Source: a virus
Reading direction: 5' to 3' (one strand)
IMG/VR virus record: IMGVR_UViG_3300046504_000032
Coordinates: 3,120 to 67,119 of that record
Length of the DNA: 64,000 bases
Notes under the pieces: generated by a model
Told to the model about the DNA's origin: nothing
Databases searched by the model: none
What the model saw: only the letters and a program-made list of their open reading frames with translations
Shown: in pieces, positions 37,744-47,418 of the stretch
How positions within the stretch are numbered: the first letter of the stretch is position 1
Layout: every line of letters begins with the position of its first letter
Program-made: the position numbers and the translations under genes

Positions 37744-39777
37744 ATGAAGATCGAATTAAAATCGTTGACCCTTACGAATTTCAAGGGTATTAAGCAGCTA
37801 CAGGTCAATTTCGACCATGAGACAAGTATAGCCGGGCAGAACGCCACAGGAAAGACAACCATCTTTGATGCGTTCCTATGGTGCATGTTTGGCAAGGATT
37901 CTACAGACCGGAAAGAATTCGGGGTAAAGACAAAGGACAAAGATGGAAAGATTATCCCAATGATCGAACATGAGGTCATTGCGCAGCTGTCAATATGGGA
38001 TGGGGATAGCAACGACATCCCAAGGTCCGTAATACTCAAGCGCACCCTCCGGGAGAAATGGGTGAAGCCAAGAGGACAGGCACAGGCAGAGTTTGCAGGC
38101 AATGAGACAGTCTATACCGTTGATGCTGTACCCTGCTCACAGAAGGAATACATGGATAAGGTAGATAGCATCTGCAAAGAGAACTTATTCAAACTCCTGA
38201 CCAACCCTGCATACTTCCCGGCCCTTAACTGGAGCATACAGAGACAATCGCTGTTCTCCCTGATACCGGAAGTAACCTCCGGGCAGATAATGGACGCTAT
38301 CCCTGCCAAATTAAAGAAACAGGGCAGATTCGACTACCTGCTAGATATCCTCAATGCACACAAGAACCTTGAGGACGAAAGGAAGAAGTTGGCAGCAGAG
38401 AAACGCAAACTCAATGAGGAGCTATCCCTGATTCCGGCCCGTATTGATGAGGTGAACAGGGCAACACCCCAAGCGGAAGACTGGCCTATATTAGAACAGG
38501 CTATTAAAGATGCTGAGGCATTCATACTACGCAAGGAGGAGGAGAAAAGCAATAAACTGGCAAGTGTACAGGCAGAGACCAAGAAAAGAAGCGATCTTCA
38601 GGCTCAGATCAATACTGCCAAGCAGCAAATGACTGCCATAAAGAATGAGACTGAGGATTCCATCAGGGTAACAATGCGTGAGGCACAACAGAAACAGACT
38701 GAACATGACCGGTATTTATCAGATTATAATGATCTTATTCAGAAAACAGAGAATGCTCTCAAGGGCTATCGCCTTGACATGGAAAGCCTACAGGCACAAA
38801 GGACTACATTATTAGGTGAATGGCAGGGTATCTCCAAAGAACAATATACTCATGTTGTGCCGGGAGTATGCGAAACCTGTGGTCAGACATTACCAGAGGA
38901 CTTCATACAGAAAACTGATGAGGAGAACCGCAGTAAATGGAACGAAGGAAGGCAGACCCGGATAGATCTTAATAAAAGAAAGGGATTGAACTGTGCTGAA
39001 GCAATAAAACAAAAGCAGACACAGATTGATGAGACAACAGCCAAGATTGAAAAACTCAAATCTGATCTTGATGCAGTCCGCAAAGGATGGGAAGGAGACG
39101 AAACACCAAGCGAGATAATGGGAATGTCAGGCGTATCCCCGGCAGCTCTTTCTTTTGTTGCTCAGGTTGATGCTGCACTCAAGGAACATGAGGAATATCA
39201 GAAGTTAGTGAAGGATGGAGGCGCATTGGTTATAAAACTTGAGAAACTTGGCCCCATCAAAGCAGTCGATACTTCCGACATTGAAAAGGAGATCTCCTTT
39301 GCCCGGACCTCTCTCGATGAGAATAAGGTGAAACTTGGCAAAAAAGAACTGATAGCAAGGGCAGATCAGCGCAAGTCTGAACTTGAAGTCTCTCAGACTA
39401 CGTTATCTCAGAAGATCGCAGACCTTGAGCAGATGGAGTTCACTATTGAGACATTCATCAGGACCAAAGTTGACCTTCTGGAAGCACAAATTAACAAGTT
39501 ATTCAAGTTTGTTAAGTTCAAAATGTTTAACTTGCAGATCAATGGACAACTCGAAGAAACGTGTGAGGCTTCAATTGATGGGGTGCCATATTCTGACCTG
39601 AATAACGCAGCCCGGATCAATGCCGGGATAGATATAATAAACACCATGAGTACAGCCTATGGCATTATTGCTCCTATCTGGATTGATAACAGAGAGAGCG
39701 TGAATGAAATCATTGAGACCAGAGCTCAACTGGTCAGTTTATATGTAACACTTGATAAAGAATTAATAATCACTTAA
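37744..39777 (+). CDS. SMC/Rad50-like ATPase
   Basis: LTNFKG, GQNATGKTT, coiled coil with CETC hook, IWIDNRES. Confidence 0.9.
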   Translation: MKIELKSLTLTNFKGIKQLQVNFDHETSIAGQNATGKTTIFDAFLWCMFGKDSTDRKEFGVKTKDKDGKIIPMIEHEVIAQLSIWDGDSNDIPRSVILKRTLREKWVKPRGQAQAEFAGNETVYTVDAVPCSQKEYMDKVDSICKENLFKLLTNPAYFPALNWSIQRQSLFSLIPEVTSGQIMDAIPAKLKKQGRFDYLLDILNAHKNLEDERKKLAAEKRKLNEELSLIPARIDEVNRATPQAEDWPILEQAIKDAEAFILRKEEEKSNKLASVQAETKKRSDLQAQINTAKQQMTAIKNETEDSIRVTMREAQQKQTEHDRYLSDYNDLIQKTENALKGYRLDMESLQAQRTTLLGEWQGISKEQYTHVVPGVCETCGQTLPEDFIQKTDEENRSKWNEGRQTRIDLNKRKGLNCAEAIKQKQTQIDETTAKIEKLKSDLDAVRKGWEGDETPSEIMGMSGVSPAALSFVAQVDAALKEHEEYQKLVKDGGALVIKLEKLGPIKAVDTSDIEKEISFARTSLDENKVKLGKKELIARADQRKSELEVSQTTLSQKIADLEQMEFTIETFIRTKVDLLEAQINKLFKFVKFKMFNLQINGQLEETCEASIDGVPYSDLNNAARINAGIDIINTMSTAYGIIAPIWIDNRESVNEIIETRAQLVSLYVTLDKELIIT

Positions 39778-39787
39778 ATTTATTTGT

Positions 39788-40756
39788 ATGGCAGAAAAAA
39801 CAAAAGCGCAGGAGGCTAAAACCCCTGCACCAGGTAGTCAGGTCCCGGCAACAATCAAAGCCAGACTTGATGAATACGTCAACAGGACGTTAGAACACCT
39901 ACAGTCATTGGCAGAGACAGGCAATCTTGATCTGCCAAAAGACTACTCAATGGAGAATGCAATCAAGGGTGCGAGCCTCAAATTGCAGATGATTGAGGAT
40001 AAAAACCACAGACCGGCACTCGAAGTCTGTACCCCGACCAGTATTGTAAATGCCCTGATCGCTATGGCAGTTGATGGCCTTTCTGTTTGGAAGCAGCAGG
40101 GTTACTTCATTGTCTATGGTGATAAACTGAACTGGCAGCCGGACTACCGGGGACATATCCTTCTGGCAAAACGTCATGCAGACGTGAAGGAAGTTAATGC
40201 TCAGGTGATCTATACTGAGGATAAGTTCATCTACCAGGTAGATGCAGCTAATGGCAGACAGAAACTTATCAGTCATGAGACTGCACTCGAAAATCAGGAT
40301 ATAACCAAGATCAAAGGAGCCTACGCTATAGTTGTATTCAATGACGGTACCTCAGCTCTTACCGTTATGTCTCTGCCTCAGATCAAGAAAGCCTGGTTAC
40401 AGGGATTCGGAGGAGGAAACACAGCAGCTCACCAGAACTTCACTGATGAGATGTGTAAAAAAACCGTTATTAACCGGGCAACAAAGGTACTGATCGGTTC
40501 AAGTGATGATTCTGAGGTAGTGGATGAGGATAATAAACCTGTCAAGACCAGAGATGAGACTATCAAAAAGAAATCGGCAACAAAAGAACTCAATGTGACT
40601 GACATAAAATATGAGGAGGTCAAGGATGATTCTTATAAAGGAACTGCCAATGAAGGGAAAGGGGATGAGAAAACGCAGAATGAGGCAAAAAAGACGGAAG
40701 GAGAACCCGATAGTAGCTTAAAGGCAGGACCACAAACGGATGGACCAGGATATTAA
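39788..40756 (+). CDS. recT: RecT family single-strand annealing protein
   Basis: CTPTSI...GL...QGYFIVYG...YRG, IKGAYA, EMCKKTVI. Confidence 0.9.
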   Translation: MAEKTKAQEAKTPAPGSQVPATIKARLDEYVNRTLEHLQSLAETGNLDLPKDYSMENAIKGASLKLQMIEDKNHRPALEVCTPTSIVNALIAMAVDGLSVWKQQGYFIVYGDKLNWQPDYRGHILLAKRHADVKEVNAQVIYTEDKFIYQVDAANGRQKLISHETALENQDITKIKGAYAIVVFNDGTSALTVMSLPQIKKAWLQGFGGGNTAAHQNFTDEMCKKTVINRATKVLIGSSDDSEVVDEDNKPVKTRDETIKKKSATKELNVTDIKYEEVKDDSYKGTANEGKGDEKTQNEAKKTEGEPDSSLKAGPQTDGPGY

Positions 40757-40769
40757 CCCTATCCTAACC

Positions 40770-41510
40770 ATGAACTTACGGATATTAGGCAGCAGCAGTA
40801 AAGGGAACTGCTATTTATTAGTAGCGAAGGATCAGGTATTGATCATAGAAGCCGGTGTGAAACTTATTGAAGTCAAGAAGGCGCTATCGTTCAGGACTGA
40901 GGACATTGTTGGCTGCCTGATATCCCACGTTCATAATGACCATTCAGGATATATCAAGGAATACGCAGACGCAGGGATTACCATACTCACAAGCGGAGTT
41001 GTCAGATGCTCCAAGATCTTGAGCGAGTATGATAACAGAGTGAAGGTGGTATATCCTGAACATGGTTATAATATTGGATCATTCAAGATCATTCCATTCG
41101 AGGTACAGCACGATGTACCATGTTTGGGCTTCTTAATCAGTCACCCGGAATCCGGGAATATCATGTTTATAACTGATACTTATATGTGCGAGTACACCTT
41201 TCCGCACCTTAACCAGGTTATCATAGAGTGCAATTACTCTGATGATATCCTTGAACACAACATCATTTACAAGGGCCTCAATCCGCTGATGAGGCCAAGG
41301 CTACTCTATAGTCACATGGAGCTTGAAAGCTGCAAGAACGTGCTGAGAAGCCTTGATTTGACCAATGTGGTCAATATAGTACTTGTTCACCTATCCGATG
41401 GCAATTCAAACGAACAGCGATTCGTCTCCGAGATACAACAAGAATTCTGCAAGACTACTATTGCAGCCAATAAAGAGGTAGATATAAGTTTTAACTTAAA
41501 TCCCTATTAA
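40770..41510 (+). CDS. MBL-fold metallohydrolase (exonuclease partner of RecT)
   Basis: LGSSSKGNCY, SHVHNDH, HD, FITDT, IECNY, HLS; ATG 40770 preferred. Confidence 0.9.
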   Translation: MNLRILGSSSKGNCYLLVAKDQVLIIEAGVKLIEVKKALSFRTEDIVGCLISHVHNDHSGYIKEYADAGITILTSGVVRCSKILSEYDNRVKVVYPEHGYNIGSFKIIPFEVQHDVPCLGFLISHPESGNIMFITDTYMCEYTFPHLNQVIIECNYSDDILEHNIIYKGLNPLMRPRLLYSHMELESCKNVLRSLDLTNVVNIVLVHLSDGNSNEQRFVSEIQQEFCKTTIAANKEVDISFNLNPY

Positions 41511-41563
41511 AATGTTAGACAATCAAGTATTATATTTTAATTATTCACTAATTCAATTTTTAT

Positions 41564-41989
41564 ATGGAAAAACGATTATTACAAAACATGAGCGTCAAAG
41601 AGCGCCTTGAGACTTTGGAAAATTCTGCTGATAAAATAGAGAATTTTTCCTACACGAAACCTTTTACGCCTGATCAGATCAGAGTGTTCAAAGATGATCT
41701 CTCAACCAATATGATTGAGTACAATGTATTGGAGGACGAGTTAAATACCATTAAGGAATCATTCAAACAGAAGATGAAGCCCTTAAAGGATGAGACCAAA
41801 ATATTATTGACAAATATCCGCAATAAGGCTGAGTTTGTCAATGAGAAATGCTTCATAATGATTGAAGGCAATGAAGTAGGCTATTACAATGCTGAAGGCG
41901 AACTCGTCTATCAGAGGCCGATACTTCCAGGAGAAACTCAGAAAACAGTATTCTCTGTAGTGAGAGAAAAAGAAGGTACCAACGATTAA
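41564..41989 (+). CDS. Hypothetical coiled-coil protein
   Basis: Clear ORF with AT-rich start. Confidence 0.8.
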   Translation: MEKRLLQNMSVKERLETLENSADKIENFSYTKPFTPDQIRVFKDDLSTNMIEYNVLEDELNTIKESFKQKMKPLKDETKILLTNIRNKAEFVNEKCFIMIEGNEVGYYNAEGELVYQRPILPGETQKTVFSVVREKEGTND

Positions 41990-41999
41990 TTAATAACTT

Positions 42000-42734
42000 A
42001 TGAAAACAGAACAGATTAACATTAATGGACTCTCCGGGAATGAAATCATTTTCCGGGAAGGTAAGGCAAGGGATGAGTTCATTCCAAAGCCTATGGCTAT
42101 CTCAGGCATTATTGATGCTCCGCTGAGGTATATTGAGAAACAGATGAACAGTTTTCCGGTTCATCCATCTGTGGCATCGAAGACTGTTTATCTGGCAAGA
42201 CTTACAGTTAACAGGGAAGCTATGACTATCATCCTCTGTGTCGATCCTAAAGGCGAGGCTCCTGATACTGTAACAGGCAGCCTTGAGCTCCATGAGGACT
42301 TCACAAAGTTTGGTATCAACTCAGGTCTGGAAATGACCACAACCACTCTTGCAGAACTATTCAAGATGAACAGGTCCGCCTTTAAGGACAGGGAGGTAGC
42401 AATGAATCTGGTTAAAGAGCTCAGGTCATTTAAGGCCAAGGTTGACAAGCAGCTTGAGAAAACCGTTGATGACAGGGCAAACTACAACTTGCATAAGTCG
42501 CAGGCTGTCGATTCAAACATTCCTGAATCGTTCTACCTGAATGTCCCGATATTCAAGGGGCAGCCGTCCCGGAGTTTCCAGGTGGAGATCAATATCAATG
42601 CCGAAAGCCTTAATTGCAGCCTTATCTCTCCCGAGGTCAATGATTATATCTCAGACGAGAAAAACAAGATCATTGACGAGCAGGTCGAGAAGATAGAGGC
42701 CTTGGTCCCGGAACTGGTGATCATCGAAGTATAA
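42000..42734 (+). CDS. Hypothetical protein
   Basis: Clear ORF with IPESFYLNVPIFKG motif. Confidence 0.8.
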   Translation: MKTEQININGLSGNEIIFREGKARDEFIPKPMAISGIIDAPLRYIEKQMNSFPVHPSVASKTVYLARLTVNREAMTIILCVDPKGEAPDTVTGSLELHEDFTKFGINSGLEMTTTTLAELFKMNRSAFKDREVAMNLVKELRSFKAKVDKQLEKTVDDRANYNLHKSQAVDSNIPESFYLNVPIFKGQPSRSFQVEININAESLNCSLISPEVNDYISDEKNKIIDEQVEKIEALVPELVIIEV

Positions 42735-42740
42735 AGGTAT

Positions 42741-42883
42741 TCCCGGATAGTGTAATGGTGCATAGCCTTGGCGTTCTTTTCATAACCATTAGGTTGCCCT
42801 ACTGGTCATACTCTGATACCAGGGGCAGATTAAATAGTCACTGATTTGAGGCAGGATGGAGCGTTCGATTCGCTTCCCGGGAG
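42741..42883 (+). ncRNA. tRNA-like RNA with a 78-nt insert replacing the anticodon loop
   Basis: Acceptor TCCCGGA/CCCGGGA, D arm GTGT AATGG TGCAT, stem GCCTT/GAGGC, T arm GAGCG TTCGATT CGCTT. Confidence 0.7.
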
Positions 42884-42906
42884 CAAACTTAAATTAACTT
42901 AATAAT

Positions 42907-43611
42907 ATGGCAGACAAAATAAAAGATCCTGCAATTAATTGGTATATGGGAAACTATTATTCAAGTACCCGGATGATGTCTCAGGCTGAAAGAGGAGCAT
43001 ACATGGATATACTTGCAATGATGTTTGAGAATGGTCATCTGACCCATGCAGACGTAATAAAATTTTGTGAGGGATTCGAATATCCAAAGGTATTTGACAA
43101 ATTGTCTATTGATGAGAATGGTTTATACTACAACCGAAGGTTAGATAAAGAGATAGCAAAACGGGCAAAGAGTTACGATTCCAAACTCAAAAATCTGGCC
43201 ACCTATATCAAAGAACCTCCATTAAAGGGAAAGGGGAAAGTGGCAGAAAGTCCCATAAATGGGGAAAATTCGCTTCCAGATGCTCCCTCAACTCAAAATG
43301 CCGGGGATATCCCAAAAGAGAAAGCATCGAGGGCTGTGGTTTTTAAGCCTCCAACAGTTGATGAGGTTGCAGCATACTGTAAGGAGCGAAATAACAGTAT
43401 AGACCCTATTGCATTCCTCAATCACTATGAGGCAGTTGGTTGGAGATATGGAAAAGGACCAGGGAAACCAATCAAGGATTGGAAAGCCTGTGTGCGAACA
43501 TGGGAGGATAAAAGGAAAAAGGAATTGCAGACCAAAGGTATTGACCGGGGACAGAGAATTGGACAAATAATAGTAGATGGATCAATAGCACCAAAATTTA
43601 AAACAGACTGA
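42907..43611 (+). CDS. Replication initiator (DUF1376-like N-terminus)
   Basis: M..AERGAYMDIL, FKPPTVDEV, F..HYEAVGW, KDWKACVRTW. Confidence 0.8.
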   Translation: MADKIKDPAINWYMGNYYSSTRMMSQAERGAYMDILAMMFENGHLTHADVIKFCEGFEYPKVFDKLSIDENGLYYNRRLDKEIAKRAKSYDSKLKNLATYIKEPPLKGKGKVAESPINGENSLPDAPSTQNAGDIPKEKASRAVVFKPPTVDEVAAYCKERNNSIDPIAFLNHYEAVGWRYGKGPGKPIKDWKACVRTWEDKRKKELQTKGIDRGQRIGQIIVDGSIAPKFKTD

Positions 43612-43612
43612 T

Positions 43613-44257
43613 ATGGAACCAATCGACCCGAAACATTTAGACATGATCAACAAGGCTTTTGAAAAGCTGTCAGGGAATGGGCCTTACGAAAGGAGATCTA
43701 CAAAGATAGTTCTTGGAGTAAGGGATAAACTGATGCCAGTATTTACCGAATGCTTTACCATGTACGATAAAACGATACCTGAAGGAGGGTTCAAATGGCT
43801 GCCGGAATATGATAAGGTACTTGATTGGATGGCAGATAATCAGGGAAAGGGCTTATTCATGCAGGGTAGTTGTGGACGTGGTAAGAGCACTATTATTCTT
43901 GGAGTAATCAGACCTATGTTTGTCGCTATCGGTAAATCCCTTCCCGGATTCCACGCATCACTATTGCCTTCCAAAGCGATAGTCTCAGAGGAATGGAACT
44001 ATGAGAAATACCGGAAATGGAAATTTGCCTACATTGATGAACTCGGGACCGAGGCTATGGTCAATAACTATGGTGAGAAATTCGAGGCTTTTAATGAGAT
44101 TATCAATAAGGCAGAGCAGGATCTTGATATCCTGATCATCTCCTCTAATCTTAATAGTGAACAATTCCTGCAACGCTATGGAGACAGGAGTATGGACCGG
44201 ATAAACCGGTTATGTAAAGTCATTGAGTTCAAGGGTAGTTCATTAAGATCAAACTGA
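43613..44257 (+). CDS. DnaC-like AAA+ helicase loader
   Basis: GSCGRGKS, IDELG.E, SSNL, RYGDR..DR, G.SLR. Confidence 0.85.
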   Translation: MEPIDPKHLDMINKAFEKLSGNGPYERRSTKIVLGVRDKLMPVFTECFTMYDKTIPEGGFKWLPEYDKVLDWMADNQGKGLFMQGSCGRGKSTIILGVIRPMFVAIGKSLPGFHASLLPSKAIVSEEWNYEKYRKWKFAYIDELGTEAMVNNYGEKFEAFNEIINKAEQDLDILIISSNLNSEQFLQRYGDRSMDRINRLCKVIEFKGSSLRSN

Positions 44258-44258
44258 T

Positions 44259-44651
44259 ATGTTCCACGTACCAAATAAATACAGGAATCATACCGATTCG
44301 CATTATGGCTCGGATGACAGTATCGGCAATAGTGGACTATTTATAATTCCCTACCAGAAGAAGAATATGCTCGAGTATCGGGTATTGGCCTCTGATGGCA
44401 TGGGATGGGAACACGTATCAGTCAGTCTTTCCCTTATAGGAAGAAGATGGTCCTACGATGTCCTACGATGCCCTACGTGGCCTGAGATGTGTTATATCAA
44501 ATCACTCTTTTGGGATGAAGAAGATTGTGTTATACAGTATCATCCCTCAAAGAGTGAGTATGTGAACCGTCACCCATACGTGCTGCACTTATGGAGACCT
44601 ACGGATCCAAATATGCAAATTCCAATTCCAGACAAAATAATGGTAGGATAA
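44259..44651 (+). CDS. Conserved hypothetical phage protein
   Basis: GWEHVSVS...RCPTW.EMC.IK.LFW...YVN.HPYVLHLW. Confidence 0.85.
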   Translation: MFHVPNKYRNHTDSHYGSDDSIGNSGLFIIPYQKKNMLEYRVLASDGMGWEHVSVSLSLIGRRWSYDVLRCPTWPEMCYIKSLFWDEEDCVIQYHPSKSEYVNRHPYVLHLWRPTDPNMQIPIPDKIMVG

Positions 44652-44652
44652 T

Positions 44653-45222
44653 ATGGAACAAACGACAAATAAACCAAGCGCATACATAGCGCCAGGGCTG
44701 AGCAAGCGAATTACGCAGGTAATAGCTGAGGCATGGAATATACCGGAGGATATGGTACTCGGGAATACGGATGTTATTAACGAGAAACATCTCTCCCCTT
44801 TTTCTGCTCCCGGGAAAAGAAAAAGAGACAAAGGAGAAGGGAAACTTGATTATGTCAATGCCAGGAAATTCTATTTCTACGTCATGCTTGAGATCAAGAA
44901 GTATAAATACCGGGAACTGAAAGCGATCACAGGACGTAAAGTTGCGATGATGCAATACTCAAGAGACAAAGCAATATTTCACATGGCGCATGAGAAAGAC
45001 TATATGGCGAAAGCTCAAAAGGTACTTGATATAATTGCAACAGATAAAGTATTATTCCCAAAACCAATAATAACAATAGAAGCAAATGTCACAACTATTA
45101 GAAGGACCCAAACTGATGGAGATTCTGGCGCTGTACAACTGCCAGAAACGAATCCACGACCAACTGGTGAGCATGATAGTCAAGTCGAAGAAGGAATCCG
45201 GGAGACTTCGGGAGCTGCTTGA
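44653..45222 (+). CDS. DnaA domain IV-like DNA-binding protein
   Basis: YIAPG, V.ARKFYFY and a downstream HTH-like segment. Confidence 0.5.
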   Translation: MEQTTNKPSAYIAPGLSKRITQVIAEAWNIPEDMVLGNTDVINEKHLSPFSAPGKRKRDKGEGKLDYVNARKFYFYVMLEIKKYKYRELKAITGRKVAMMQYSRDKAIFHMAHEKDYMAKAQKVLDIIATDKVLFPKPIITIEANVTTIRRTQTDGDSGAVQLPETNPRPTGEHDSQVEEGIRETSGAA

Positions 45223-45475
45223 GGTAACTGATTGCAGGAGATACACGCTTGGTCACTACAAGACAAGGTACTTTGATGCTGCCTTTGATTTTCATTGGAC
45301 CAGGGCATCTAAAATCATTAAACCAGGCCATCCTCCTGAGCAGGATTCGCTTTCCCTGGGAGTTATTGCAGCAGAGGAACTAACAGAGGCCGAATTCAAA
45401 GAGAGATTGGAGAATAAGGCAGTACAACAGATCATAAATCAAGCGAAGGATATCATTAATCCACACCAGGATTAA
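45116..45475 (+). CDS. Hypothetical protein
   Basis: Overlaps the disordered tail of the previous gene; ATG 45116 preferred. Confidence 0.6.
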   Translation: MEILALYNCQKRIHDQLVSMIVKSKKESGRLRELLEVTDCRRYTLGHYKTRYFDAAFDFHWTRASKIIKPGHPPEQDSLSLGVIAAEELTEAEFKERLENKAVQQIINQAKDIINPHQD

Positions 45476-45512
45476 AACATTAATTGAGAGTTAAACTATA
45501 ATAAGAAATGAT

Positions 45513-45929
45513 ATGAAAACAAAAATTAAAATTGAAACGGAAGTCGAAATCGAATCTTTGGTCGTGAATGCAGGAGTCCGTTACTGGGAAGACGCAGAAG
45601 TAAATGGAGTTGAAGACACTAATGGCGACTTAATTCCATGTAGGTTAGGCGATATATGGTGTCCTCAAATCAATATTGATAGTGGAATAATAACCAACTG
45701 GAAACAGGGAATAAAGGCAAGTGTTCATTATAAAATTTGTGATGATGGCTGTTATTATCTTAAAGACGACAAAGGCAATATTGTTCTTTCAATAGAAAAT
45801 GACTATGTACCTACTCTTTTATGTCCAGTTGAAGAGGGTTACGGTGATTATATAATTATGGAAATTGATGAAAATGGGAAGATTGCAGACTGGGAACCCG
45901 ATATTCAAAGTTTTATAAATGAAGATTAA
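45513..45929 (+). CDS. Conserved hypothetical phage protein
   Basis: VRYWEDA.VNG, HYKICDDG.Y, YGDYII. Confidence 0.8.
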   Translation: MKTKIKIETEVEIESLVVNAGVRYWEDAEVNGVEDTNGDLIPCRLGDIWCPQINIDSGIITNWKQGIKASVHYKICDDGCYYLKDDKGNIVLSIENDYVPTLLCPVEEGYGDYIIMEIDENGKIADWEPDIQSFINED

Positions 45930-45961
45930 TTCCCCTCAGAGTAACGATAAATAAAACGACT

Positions 45962-46198
45962 ATGGCAAAAGTAAAATCAATTACAGAGGCATTTTCAATG
46001 CAGCCAAACGCATTTAGCGTCTGTGATATTAATCCTTCACATCATGATCATGATAAAGATTGTCTCATAGAGATAAGACTTGAAAGTATCCGTATTGACG
46101 GTAATCCTTATGATGTTTATAGCGGATATAACTTTGCAGGGCAAAGGACATTCCAATATTTTGCTAATACAGTTAACGTCACATATTATTATGAGTAA
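45962..46198 (+). CDS. Hypothetical protein
   Basis: Operon packing. Confidence 0.7.
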   Translation: MAKVKSITEAFSMQPNAFSVCDINPSHHDHDKDCLIEIRLESIRIDGNPYDVYSGYNFAGQRTFQYFANTVNVTYYYE

Positions 46199-46328
46199 CC
46201 CCGTAAAGATCAAAACTATGGCAAAGACAGACAAGGAACTGATAGAAAAGGCAAAAGATAAAAAAGTAGGGACATGTGGCAAGTGTTGGACATTCGATTG
46301 TGAAAATTGTATAATAAATGATGACTAA
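46191..46328 (+). CDS. Small Cys-rich protein
   Basis: CGKC..DCENC; overlaps both neighbours. Confidence 0.4.
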   Translation: MSNPVKIKTMAKTDKELIEKAKDKKVGTCGKCWTFDCENCIINDD

Positions 46329-47091
46329 AATTAAAGACATGAAAGCAGAAATTAAGGCAGAGCAATTGGAGAAGAAGATTGAGAAGCTGAAAGAGCTATT
46401 AAATGCTTATAAAAGATTAACAGAAGATGATAGTCCTATAAAGATAGGATGGCTTGATATTAAAAGACTTGAATCCGAGATTTCAGCACTCGAAGCCGGG
46501 CAAAGCGAGCCTGATAAAGAACCTCAGCAATATCATTTAAATTGTGATAAATGTGATGAACCCTATTGGAGTGTAGTCGCATTTCCTGAACCACAATTAT
46601 GTTCAAAGTGCATAGAAGCCGGGCAACCAGAAGATGAGATAGATTTAAATTATATTAAAATTCCACTACAAGGTAAATTAACTCATAAAGGTACATTGCA
46701 CCCTGTCGGGCAACCGCAAGTCAATCCTGATGAAACACACACTGATTTCTATGAACAATATGCAGAAAGACCGAAAGAACGCTTTTTAGGCGAAGTTCCG
46801 CAGAGTGATGAGAGCAAGCAGACTGAAGAAATATTTGAAGTGATATTAAATGTAATTTGCAACAGGGAACAACTTGTAAACTTGCCTTTTAGCTATAAGA
46901 AAACATTGGCTGCTGAGATCGTTGAGAAAGTACAATCCTTCCGCTCATCAGGACTAAGGGAGTTGAGCGACGAAGAAATTGAAAAGGAATTTCCAACAGA
47001 TGAAACAGTCCCCACATTTGAAATTGTTAGAACAAATAAAGCAAAACAGATAGGTGCAAAGTGGCTACGCTCAAAGATTGAAAAGAAATAA
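46318..47091 (+). CDS. Mosaic hypothetical protein with Zn-ribbon segment
   Basis: Coiled coil, CDKC...CSKC and repeated EAGQ linkers. Confidence 0.7.
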   Translation: MMTKIKDMKAEIKAEQLEKKIEKLKELLNAYKRLTEDDSPIKIGWLDIKRLESEISALEAGQSEPDKEPQQYHLNCDKCDEPYWSVVAFPEPQLCSKCIEAGQPEDEIDLNYIKIPLQGKLTHKGTLHPVGQPQVNPDETHTDFYEQYAERPKERFLGEVPQSDESKQTEEIFEVILNVICNREQLVNLPFSYKKTLAAEIVEKVQSFRSSGLRELSDEEIEKEFPTDETVPTFEIVRTNKAKQIGAKWLRSKIEKK

Positions 47092-47105
47092 CTAACTATT
47101 GAAAC

Positions 47106-47315
47106 ATGAAAACCAGAATTATCCTAACCTCTCTGCTCGTCACCGGCTTGATGGTGATGGCAGTTCTGCTCTCTGCAGGAATTGTTCTCTCCTTTGGTAT
47201 TGACATCAAATACCATATAGGCGTTGTCTCACCGGTAGCATTCGTAATCGCTGCCATTATCTTCGGATTCTGTACCAATAAAGCAATTGAAAGACTTAAA
47301 AAAATTTGGGAATAA
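47106..47315 (+). CDS. Two-TM membrane protein
   Basis: Two hydrophobic segments and a basic tail. Confidence 0.65.
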   Translation: MKTRIILTSLLVTGLMVMAVLLSAGIVLSFGIDIKYHIGVVSPVAFVIAAIIFGFCTNKAIERLKKIWE

Positions 47316-47418
47316 GCAAAGGGGACAATGTTTGTCCCCCGTAAATGTGATAAAAGTAAGTAAGAATGAGCAAAGATAAGTAAATATCAGTAAGTATTAA
47401 TAAATAAAAGTAAGTAAA

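Noticed and set aside
35831-39777. Wadjet (JetABCD) system
   Set aside because: There are no kleisin or KITE-like genes, and the ATPase sits in a standard RecT-MBL module
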